Positions 1 to 6,974 of a DNA stretch of 9,142 bases are shown piece by piece. The stretch covers positions 1-9,142 of the forward strand of contig CALBUD010000080.1 in the NCBI GenBank assembly GCA_937968065.1. The letters run 5' to 3'. Position numbers and translations under genes: made by a program. The notes beneath the pieces are model-generated. The model was given only the letters and a program-made list of their open reading frames with translations. It searched no databases and had not been told where the DNA came from. The DNA is from Candidatus Iainarchaeum sp. Lineage in GTDB: Archaea > Iainarchaeota > Iainarchaeia > Iainarchaeales > CSSED10-239. Position 1 is the first letter of the stretch. Each line of letters begins with the position of its first letter.

Positions 1-12
1 GCAGAATGTTTT

Positions 13-579
13 CTAAGCGCAAATATTCGCCAAAGAGTTTAGAAAATTCCTTTTAAAAGAAGAAATAATGATATCAATTTTCTTTTCATTTTCTGGATAC
101 AACTGAATTATGCAAATTCCTTCTTTTTTTAGAATTGTTTTTAAATCATTTCCAATTTTTTTAATAATATTTTTAATTTCGATTTCTTTTTTGTTTGGTA
201 AAAGCCATTGAAGAGCAGAGATTGAAAGAATAAGATCATATTTTTCAGAAATCTTATTAAGTTCTTGAAAACCACCAATCTTAACATTTAGTTTTTTAAT
301 TTTTGCAAGTTTTATCATTTCTTTAGAAGGGTCAATACCTTTTAGAGAAGAATAACCTAAAGACTTTAAAAACTCTAAAGAAAAACCAGTACCACAACCA
401 ATATCTAAAATATCTATTATTTTATTTTCAGATAAAGGTTTTGATAAATTCAGCGCAATTTTTGTAAGTTCTATTTGTGTCTTTCTCATTCCTGAGCTTT
501 GATTATATCTATTTGCTTCTTCTTCTGTATAAAAATCATTTGGATCTGTAAATTTTTGTTCAGGAGTTTCTTGCGTCAT
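13..579 (-). CDS. Class I SAM-dependent methyltransferase, Bud23/WBSCR22-like (putative small-subunit rRNA methyltransferase)
   Basis: 188-aa ORF with its TAG stop at 13-15. It has SAM motif I, ILDIGCGTGFS. The blocks FYTEEEANRYNQSSGMRKTQ, LSISALQWL and IQLYPEN line up with Bud23/WBSCR22 blocks as I recall them (PPE.FY..EA.KY...SR...IQ; ISISA.QWL; LQLYPEN). The C-terminus looks short compared with the eukaryotic methyltransferase domain. Confidence 0.8.
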   Translation of the reverse strand: MTQETPEQKFTDPNDFYTEEEANRYNQSSGMRKTQIELTKIALNLSKPLSENKIIDILDIGCGTGFSLEFLKSLGYSSLKGIDPSKEMIKLAKIKKLNVKIGGFQELNKISEKYDLILSISALQWLLPNKKEIEIKNIIKKIGNDLKTILKKEGICIIQLYPENEKKIDIIISSFKRNFLNSLANICA

Positions 580-611
580 TCTTTTTTAACTCTTTTTCTT
601 TTTTTAAAAAA

Positions 612-1670
612 TTATTTTTGAACATGAATTGTTTGTGTTGGAAATGCAAACTCAATTTTTTCTTTTTCAAATTCTTTTTTAATTGTTAGATTAATTTTAT
701 CTTTTATCTCAAGATAATATTTATAATCATTTGCAACAATCCAATAAATAATTCTTATATTTAAAGAAAAATCTCCAAAAGATTCAAAAGAAACTAAGAA
801 AGAATCTTGCTCTACAAATTTATTTGATTTTAATATTTTTATAATAATTTGTTTTGCTTTTTCAAGTTTTTTAATATTTGTTGAGTAAGTTACACCAATT
901 GTAAAATTTTCTCTTCTAGCTCTTCTTGCAGAAATATTTTCAACAAAATTTGAAGATAAATGTTTGTTTGGAACAACAACTAAAGTATTATCAAAGGTTC
1001 TTATCTTTGTAGATCTAATTCCAATTTCTTCAATAGAACCAAGACCATCTGATGTTTTTAAAACATCACCAATTTTAAATGGTTTTTCAAGAAAAATAAC
1101 AACACCTGATAAAAAATTTTCAAAAATATCTTTTGATGCTAAAGCAATTGCAAGACCACCAATACCAAGCCCTGCAAGTAAAGCACTGATATTATATCCA
1201 AGGTTTGATAGTACTAAAAGAACTGCTATTACAAAAAATATAATTCTGATTAAAGCTTTTAAAACTGGGATTAACTGATCATCATATTTTGATTCTGTTT
1301 TTTTAGCATATGGTTCAAAATATTCTTCTATTAAACCTATACAAAACTTAATAATAAATAAAGTAACTGCTAAAACATATACTAAAAAAGAAGCCTGTTT
1401 TATAAAATTTATCCACCAATCAGAGACTACTAAATATTTAAAACCAATATTAAAAAAAATAGCAACAATTACAAGAACAAAAGGAATTGGTTTTGCTAAA
1501 ATTTTTGCAATAATATCATCTATTTTTGTTTTTGTGTATCTTGTAAGTTTATATAAAACATGCTTACTTATAAAAACAACAATCCAACTTACAACAAAAC
1601 CAATTACTATAAATAAAAAAAACCAAAAATAATTGTTTAAAGTGTTTCCAAATAATATAAAATCAGCCAT
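612..1670 (-). CDS. MscS-family small-conductance mechanosensitive ion channel
   Basis: 352-aa ORF. The N-terminal half is hydrophobic with several TM helices and carries two TK.K.DD / TESKYDD motifs. The pore-helix and beta-domain signature GLGIGGLAIALASKDIFENFLSGVVIFLEKPFKIGDV...IEEIGIRSTKIRTFDNTLVVVPN is typical of the MscS family. Confidence 0.93.
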   Translation of the reverse strand: MADFILFGNTLNNYFWFFLFIVIGFVVSWIVVFISKHVLYKLTRYTKTKIDDIIAKILAKPIPFVLVIVAIFFNIGFKYLVVSDWWINFIKQASFLVYVLAVTLFIIKFCIGLIEEYFEPYAKKTESKYDDQLIPVLKALIRIIFFVIAVLLVLSNLGYNISALLAGLGIGGLAIALASKDIFENFLSGVVIFLEKPFKIGDVLKTSDGLGSIEEIGIRSTKIRTFDNTLVVVPNKHLSSNFVENISARRARRENFTIGVTYSTNIKKLEKAKQIIIKILKSNKFVEQDSFLVSFESFGDFSLNIRIIYWIVANDYKYYLEIKDKINLTIKKEFEKEKIEFAFPTQTIHVQK

Positions 1671-1802
1671 ATATATTCGTTTTTAAAAATTTATAATAAT
1701 ATATAATATATACCAAAATGTTTATATTATTATAGATATATATATTATTTATAGATATATTAATTCACAACTATTTTTAAAAATTATAAAAAAAGATTAA
1801 TC
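1671..1802. promoter_or_regulatory. Divergent intergenic region, presumably holding promoters for the MscS gene (-) and the ABC cluster (+)
   Basis: 132 nt with almost no G or C between two divergent start codons. TATA-like tracts sit at tttttaaaaa 1774-1783 (20-29 nt upstream of ATG 1803) and at ttttaaaaatttataa 1681-1696 (upstream of the minus-strand ATG at 1670). Neither ATG has an SD-like motif in front of it. Promoter positions are inferred, not demonstrated. Confidence 0.4.
1730..1760 (+). repeat. Two perfect copies of the 12-nt direct repeat TTATAGATATAT (1730-1741 and 1749-1760)
   Basis: Read directly from the sequence, with 19 nt from start to start. Each copy contains one of the few G residues in this intergenic region. 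Function is unknown. Confidence 0.85.
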
Positions 1803-2510
1803 ATGGATAAAAAAACAATTATTGAACTTAAAAATGTCTCTAAAATATATAAAATGGGAGAAGTTGAAGTTAAAGCTGTAAATGATGTCTCCCTTAAAAT
1901 TTATGAAAAAGAATTTGTAGCTATTATGGGTGCTTCAGGATCAGGAAAGTCAACAATGATGCATCTTATTGGAGCTTTAGATCTTCCTACAAAAGGAGAT
2001 ATTTATATAAATAAACAAAAATTAACAAAATTTACAGAAAATGAACTTGCAAAATTAAGAGGTAAAACAATTGGTTTTATTTTTCAAGATTTTAATCTAA
2101 TTTCTACATTAACAGCATTTGAAAATGTAAGACTTCCTTCTCTTTTTCAAGATGAAAATAATGAAGAAGAATTAGATAAAAGATGTAAAAACCTTTTAGA
2201 AATTGTTGGACTTAAAGATAGAGTTAATCACAACCCTAGTGAGCTTTCAGGTGGACAACAACAAAGAGTTGCAATTGCAAGAGCACTTTCAAACAATCCA
2301 CAAATAATTCTTGGAGATGAACCTACTGGTGCTCTTGATTCTAAATCTTCTGTTGAAATTATATCTCTTTTAAAAAAATTAAATAAAGATGGTAAAACAA
2401 TAATTCTTATAACACATGATCCTAATGTTGCAAATAATGCAAGAAGAATAATTACTTTAAAAGATGGAAAAATAATTGAAGATAAGATAAATAGAAAAGA
2501 AAAAATATAA
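1803..2510 (+). CDS. ABC transporter ATP-binding protein, MacB/LolD/SalX-type (COG1136-like)
   Basis: 235 aa. Walker A GASGSGKST (nt 1929-1955), Q-loop FIFQDFNL, ABC signature LSGGQQQRVAIARAL, Walker B IILGDEPTGALD and H-loop ILITHD are all present. The N-terminal IELKNVSKIYKMGEVEVKAVNDVSL is typical of the MacB/LolD subfamily. Confidence 0.96.
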   Translation: MDKKTIIELKNVSKIYKMGEVEVKAVNDVSLKIYEKEFVAIMGASGSGKSTMMHLIGALDLPTKGDIYINKQKLTKFTENELAKLRGKTIGFIFQDFNLISTLTAFENVRLPSLFQDENNEEELDKRCKNLLEIVGLKDRVNHNPSELSGGQQQRVAIARALSNNPQIILGDEPTGALDSKSSVEIISLLKKLNKDGKTIILITHDPNVANNARRIITLKDGKIIEDKINRKEKI

Positions 2511-2546
2511 ATTATTTTTAAAAAGAAATTTAAAAAAGGAAAAAAA

Positions 2547-3737
2547 ATGAAACAAACACTTCCATTTATTTTAATGAATCTTAAAAGAAGAAAATTAAGA
2601 AGTTATTTAACAATTATTGGAATAATTGTAGGTGTTGTTGCAATTGTATCTTTAATGTCACTTTCAGAAGGACTTAAAACAGGAATAACTGATGAATTTG
2701 CAAAAACAGGTGCACAAAAAATAACAATAACTTCAAAATATATACAGTTTGGACAAGGATCAGATTCAGGACTTACAACTGATGATGTTAGAGAAATTGA
2801 AAAAATACAAGAAATTGAATTTGCAACAGGATATTTAAGTTCACAAACATCATCTAAATTCTCAAGAGAAGAAAGATTTGTAACTATTACTTCTTTTGAA
2901 ACAAAAAACTATGAAAAAATATTATTTTTAGAAGGAAAAGAGATATTAAGAGGAAAAATAATAGATAATGATAAAGCAAAAGAAGTTGTAATTGGTTTTG
3001 ATTTATTTAATAGTTCTAATTTTTTTGGAAAAGAAATTAAGATTGGAGATACCATAGAAATTTCAAATCAAAATTTTAAAATTATTGGAGTTTTAAAAGA
3101 TACAGGAAATAGAAGTGCTGATAGAGTCATGTATATTTCCATGGACAACATGAGAGAAATTACAAACTCAAATGATATAGAAGTTGATAGTATTTATGCA
3201 GTTGTTAAAGATAATAGTGATGTTGAAGAAGCGGGAAAAAAAATAGAAGACAGACTTGAAAGATTTAGAAAAGATAATGATTTTGTAGTAACTACTGCAA
3301 AAAAAGCATTAGAAGATAGAGAAGAAACATTAAAGGTAGTTTCAATTATTGTTATTGGAATTGCTGCAATTTCTTTGTTAGTTGGAGGAATAGGTATTCT
3401 TAATTCTATGTATACTTCTGTTCTTGAAAGAAAAAAAGAAATTGGAATCATGAAAGCAATTGGGGCTAGAAGAGAAGATATTTTAAAAATATTTTTATTA
3501 GAATCTGGAATTATTGGGCTTATTGGAGGAATAATAGGAACAATAGGTGGATTTTTAATATCTTTTATAGTATATATTATAGGAAGATTTGCAGAAGTTG
3601 AAATTGCAATTTCATTTGACATATCAATAATTTTAATAGCTCTTAGCTTTTCATTTTTACTAGGATTATTGGCAGGATTTATGCCAGCATACCAAGCTTC
3701 AAAACAACAAGCAATTGATTCTTTAAGAGAAGAATAA
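2547..3737 (+). CDS. ABC transporter permease 1, MacB/FtsX-type (COG0577-like)
   Basis: 396 aa. The N-terminal NLKRRKLRSYLTIIGIIVGVVAIVSL forms TM1. A hydrophilic extracytoplasmic domain of about 220 aa follows, then three C-terminal TM helices with the FtsX-domain loop NSMYTSVLERKKEIGIMKAIGARREDI. An SD-like AGGA sits at 2537-2540. Confidence 0.93.
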   Translation: MKQTLPFILMNLKRRKLRSYLTIIGIIVGVVAIVSLMSLSEGLKTGITDEFAKTGAQKITITSKYIQFGQGSDSGLTTDDVREIEKIQEIEFATGYLSSQTSSKFSREERFVTITSFETKNYEKILFLEGKEILRGKIIDNDKAKEVVIGFDLFNSSNFFGKEIKIGDTIEISNQNFKIIGVLKDTGNRSADRVMYISMDNMREITNSNDIEVDSIYAVVKDNSDVEEAGKKIEDRLERFRKDNDFVVTTAKKALEDREETLKVVSIIVIGIAAISLLVGGIGILNSMYTSVLERKKEIGIMKAIGARREDILKIFLLESGIIGLIGGIIGTIGGFLISFIVYIIGRFAEVEIAISFDISIILIALSFSFLLGLLAGFMPAYQASKQQAIDSLREE

Positions 3738-3740
3738 AAT

Positions 3741-4394
3741 ATGAAACCAAAATACGGAAGAAGTAGAGAACCTGTTAAAGGTTTTGAAAAAATTTTAGAA
3801 ACAAAAAAAGAAAGTTGGCCAAGCTTTGGTCAAGAAAATAAATATTTCCAAGTTTATTTTGTAAAATTTAAAGAAAAACCAATAGAATTTTTAAAAACAA
3901 AAAAAAATCCAAAAATAATGGTTCTTGGTGCTGGAGAAGGTAAAGATCTAAAATTATTAAAAAATGAATTTAGAGATGCAAAAATTGATGTTTTTTCTTT
4001 AACTAAATCTTTAAATAAAGATATTAAAAGAAATGTTATAAATAGAGATCATACAATTTTTGTAGCTCTTGAAAGTTTAGATTCAAGATTTAAAAAACAT
4101 AGACAATTAATAGAAAAATTAAAAAATAAATATGATTTAGTAATTGCTCCTTTAAGTGTAGGGATATATACTAATTATCCTGTGTTTAATATTTTTAGAT
4201 CTTCTATGATGCTTAGAAAAAAAGGACAATGTTTTATAGAGATATACACTAGAGAAAATGTTGAAAAAATATTTAATAAGTTTGTAGAAGTATATAATCG
4301 TCAACAAAAAACAAAATATTCTTTTGAAATTAAAAAAATAAATCAAAATGCAGATAATACAAGAAGTTATTATCAAATAATTAGAACAAATTAA
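3741..4394 (+). CDS. Hypothetical cytoplasmic protein with a possible Rossmann / class I methyltransferase-like fold
   Basis: 217 aa with no signal peptide or TM segment. Its start lies 3 nt after the permease 1 stop. The Gly-rich motif KIMVLGAGEGKDLKLL (nt 3912-3959) is followed by KIDVFSL, YDLVIAPLSVGIY and LRKKGQCFIEIY, in the order expected for beta1/beta2/beta4/beta5 of a SAM- or nucleotide-binding Rossmann fold. I recognise no family. I am fairly confident it is a real gene, but confidence in the fold call is low. Confidence 0.6.
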   Translation: MKPKYGRSREPVKGFEKILETKKESWPSFGQENKYFQVYFVKFKEKPIEFLKTKKNPKIMVLGAGEGKDLKLLKNEFRDAKIDVFSLTKSLNKDIKRNVINRDHTIFVALESLDSRFKKHRQLIEKLKNKYDLVIAPLSVGIYTNYPVFNIFRSSMMLRKKGQCFIEIYTRENVEKIFNKFVEVYNRQQKTKYSFEIKKINQNADNTRSYYQIIRTN

Positions 4395-4411
4395 AAAAAA
4401 GGTGAAAAAAT

Positions 4412-5653
4412 ATGAAAATAAATAGAATTTTAATTGCTTTTTTTGCATTAATTTTGATATTAAATCCAATTAATGCACAAACAACAGATTATGATATAAT
4501 TAATCTAAATGCAGATACTTATAATTATACTCCAACACCTGTTATTTCTGGTGAAGAGTTTGAAATATGGATACAACTTACAAATAAAAGTAATCTTCCT
4601 GCAGAAAATATTGAATATTTTCTAGAAGTTGATTATCCATTTATTTTAGTTTCTGAAAATGAAGAAAAAATAAATAAAATTGAACCATATCAATCAAAAA
4701 TAATAAAATATAAATTAAAAACATATGGAGATACCTTAACAGGTACTTATGATCTTGATTTTAGATATACAAGAGAAGGTATTTTTGTATATAATGTTAA
4801 AAAATATACAATTGATGTTAAAGGAAAAAATGCAATCATAGAAGTTATTTCTTCAAATATTAAAAACACAAATATTGGAAGTAGTTCTGAAATAATATTA
4901 AATCTTAAAAATCTTGGACAAAAAGATTCAAAAGATATTTTTATAACTTTAGGAGATTCTTTAGATGAAACTATAAAAGTTATTGGTCTTAAAACACAGT
5001 ATCTTGAAAAAATAAATGTTAATGAACAAAAAGAAGTTACCTTTAAGTTAGATATTTCAAAAAATATAATTAACTCAAGTTATACTCTTCCAATAACAAT
5101 TAACTATTCAGATGTTGATAGAGAATATACTATTGAAAGAAACATTGGTTTTAGAATAGAAGATGAACCAAAAATGATTCTAAATATTGTAAATATTGGA
5201 AAAGATTTTAAAATAAAACCTAATTCTTTAGAAAAAATTTCATTAGAGATATATAATATTGGAAATGTAGATACAGAAGTTTCATATATAATTGTTGAAG
5301 GAGAAGGAATTAACCAAACACAAGAATTTATAGGATCTATTGAAAAAGACAATTATGATAGATTAGAAATTGATTTAAAAACAAAAGATATTAAAGAAAA
5401 AGAAACAAACATAACTGTAAATCTTTTCTATAAAGATAGTTATTTACAAGAACAGAAAATAACAAAAACAATTACTGTTGAAACTGATTTTACAACAAAT
5501 GGACAAAAAGCAAATAGCCTTATAATGTCTTTGTTTGGAATAATTGGTTTTATTGTAGGACTTGCATTGTTTATCTTAATTGCAAGATGGCTTATAAAAA
5601 TATTAATAAAACCGGCATATAAAGTTATTTTAAATATTTTTAAGAAAAAATAA
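4412..5653 (+). CDS. Secreted, C-terminally membrane-anchored surface protein with three CARDB/COG1361-like beta-sandwich modules
   Basis: 413 aa. GGTGA SD at 4401-4405. Signal peptide MKINRILIAFFALILILNPINA|Q. Three modules of about 110 aa (aa 24-138, 139-252, 253-359) each carry the pattern G..(E/S).I.L.L.N.G/S ... charged beta strand ... Y.L.I.I.Y, for example SEIILNLKNLGQKDSKDIFITLG and EKISLEIYNIGNVDTEVSYIIVEG. The C-terminal TM helix SLIMSLFGIIGFIVGLALFILIA (nt 5516-5584) is followed by a basic tail. There are six N-x-S/T sequons. Confidence 0.7.
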   Translation: MKINRILIAFFALILILNPINAQTTDYDIINLNADTYNYTPTPVISGEEFEIWIQLTNKSNLPAENIEYFLEVDYPFILVSENEEKINKIEPYQSKIIKYKLKTYGDTLTGTYDLDFRYTREGIFVYNVKKYTIDVKGKNAIIEVISSNIKNTNIGSSSEIILNLKNLGQKDSKDIFITLGDSLDETIKVIGLKTQYLEKINVNEQKEVTFKLDISKNIINSSYTLPITINYSDVDREYTIERNIGFRIEDEPKMILNIVNIGKDFKIKPNSLEKISLEIYNIGNVDTEVSYIIVEGEGINQTQEFIGSIEKDNYDRLEIDLKTKDIKEKETNITVNLFYKDSYLQEQKITKTITVETDFTTNGQKANSLIMSLFGIIGFIVGLALFILIARWLIKILIKPAYKVILNIFKKK

Positions 5654-5674
5654 CTTTTTTTTATTTTTTTATAA
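5654..5674 (+). terminator. Oligo-T tract (T8, A, T7) between the surface-protein gene and permease 2; possible archaeal-type partial terminator or attenuator
   Basis: CTTTTTTTTATTTTTTTATAA lies directly after the TAA at 5651-5653 and abuts ATG 5675. Archaeal RNA polymerase terminates at oligo-dT runs. There is no stem-loop, and function is inferred only. Confidence 0.25.
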
Positions 5675-6904
5675 ATGAAAAACATGAATAAAAAATATAA
5701 ACATTTAGTAGATTTAACTATTAAAAACATATATAGAAGAAAACTAAGATCAATTCTTACAATCATTGCTGTAGTTATAGGTATTGCAACAATTGTATCT
5801 TTATTTTTAATTAGTGATGGGTTATTTAATTATGTTGAAGATGCTTTTATGACAATGGGAATTAACACTATTTTTATTTTTCCTATTAGTTTTCAAGGAG
5901 GACCGTCACAATCAATTGGAAGAATTTCTGAAGAGATAAAAATAACTGAAAATGATTTAAAAATAATTGAAAGGATAAATGAAGTTGATTATGCAGTTGG
6001 TTTTTCATTTAGAACTGGAAAAATAGAATTTAAAAATGAAGAGTTATTTCAATTTGTAATATTTATTGATTCAAAAGAAGTTGATAAAACCTTTGAAATA
6101 ATGAATATAGAACTAAGAGAAGGAAAAACATTTCAAGGAAAAGAAGGAAGTAATGTTTTAATAGGGCCATATATTGCTGATAACTTTTTTAAAGAACCTG
6201 TAAAGGTGGGACAAAAAATAAAAATACAAGATAAAGATTTTAAGGTTATAGGTATACTTGAAACTGTTGGAAACATACAAGACGATTCACAAGTGTACAT
6301 TACAAGAAAAAGTGCAGAAGAAATATTTACTATTGGAGATACTTTAGATCAAATATTTGTAAGTGTTAAAAAAGAATATGATCCTTTAATTGTAAAAGAA
6401 GAAATTGAAAAAAGACTTGAAAGAGAACATGGAAAAGATAAATTTTTTATAATTACTGCACAGCAAGTATTAACAATGATTAAATCAGTTATTGGACTTT
6501 TAAAAGTTATTTTAATATCAATTGGATTGATTTCTTTAATTGTTGGAAGTATTGGAATCATGAACTCTATTTATACTTCTGTTATTGAAAGAACTAAAGA
6601 AATTGGTATATTAAAATCATTAGGTGCAAAAAAAGAAGATATTTATTTTATATTTACTTTAGAATCTGTTATTTTATCAATTATTGGTGGGATTATTGGC
6701 CTTGGACTTGGAATATTTATTTCAAAAGCTGTTGAATATTATGTTGCAAGTCAAGGTTTCTTAACTCTTAAAATAATTGTAACTTGGCAAATAATTGTTC
6801 TTGCTATTATTCTTTCAATAATTATTGGTATTGTATCAGGACTACTTCCAGCAAATAAAGCATCAAAAATGAATGTTGTTGAAGCTTTAAGAAAAGTTGT
6901 ATAA
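5675..6904 (+). CDS. ABC transporter permease 2, MacB/FtsX-type, paralog of permease 1
   Basis: 409 aa; an alternative start exists at ATG 5684. The architecture matches permease 1: NIYRRKLRSILTIIAVVIGIATIVSL as TM1, a large extracytoplasmic domain, then the NSIYTSVIERTKEIGILKSLGAKKEDI loop plus three TM helices. A 35-nt block at 6572-6606 matches 3411-3445 at 32/35 positions. Confidence 0.93.
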   Translation: MKNMNKKYKHLVDLTIKNIYRRKLRSILTIIAVVIGIATIVSLFLISDGLFNYVEDAFMTMGINTIFIFPISFQGGPSQSIGRISEEIKITENDLKIIERINEVDYAVGFSFRTGKIEFKNEELFQFVIFIDSKEVDKTFEIMNIELREGKTFQGKEGSNVLIGPYIADNFFKEPVKVGQKIKIQDKDFKVIGILETVGNIQDDSQVYITRKSAEEIFTIGDTLDQIFVSVKKEYDPLIVKEEIEKRLEREHGKDKFFIITAQQVLTMIKSVIGLLKVILISIGLISLIVGSIGIMNSIYTSVIERTKEIGILKSLGAKKEDIYFIFTLESVILSIIGGIIGLGLGIFISKAVEYYVASQGFLTLKIIVTWQIIVLAIILSIIIGIVSGLLPANKASKMNVVEALRKVV

Positions 6905-6974
6905 GTTTGTTTTAGAAACTCTTTTAAAATTATTGATTATAAATATATCTTATATATTTAAAAAAGAAAAAAAT

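Noticed and set aside
964-1278. 104-aa plus-strand ORF inside the MscS gene
   Set aside because: It is antisense to a well-supported MscS coding region. Its odd composition (rich in P, S, I, K, F) is what a mirrored reading of K/I/E-rich codons produces. There is no SD or promoter context, so I treat it as a shadow ORF.
3194-3622. 142-aa minus-strand ORF inside permease 1
   Set aside because: It is antisense to the conserved FtsX-domain region, and the I/P/S-rich low-complexity translation is typical of a shadow frame in AT-rich DNA.
4152-4469. 105-aa minus-strand ORF spanning the 3741-4394 / 4412-5653 junction
   Set aside because: It is antisense to two co-directional genes and their SD motif. 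The translation is I/F/L/Y-rich low complexity, so this is a shadow ORF.
5104-5352. 82-aa minus-strand ORF inside the surface-protein gene
   Set aside because: It is an antisense shadow ORF with no independent support.
5440-5766. 108-aa minus-strand ORF spanning the surface-protein / permease 2 junction
   Set aside because: It is antisense to two supported genes. Its apparent hydrophobicity comes from reading A/T-rich codons in reverse.
6349-6561. 70-aa minus-strand ORF inside permease 2
   Set aside because: It is an antisense shadow ORF.
6897-6974. TTG start at 6897 that extends the last cluster gene by 26 codons and overlaps the permease 2 stop
   Set aside because: The extension (MYKFVLETLLKLLIINISYIFKKEKN) covers what looks like an AT-rich promoter or spacer. 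It uses a rare TTG start with no SD motif. ATG 6975 gives a sensible N-terminus, so I moved the start there. The longer form cannot be strictly excluded.
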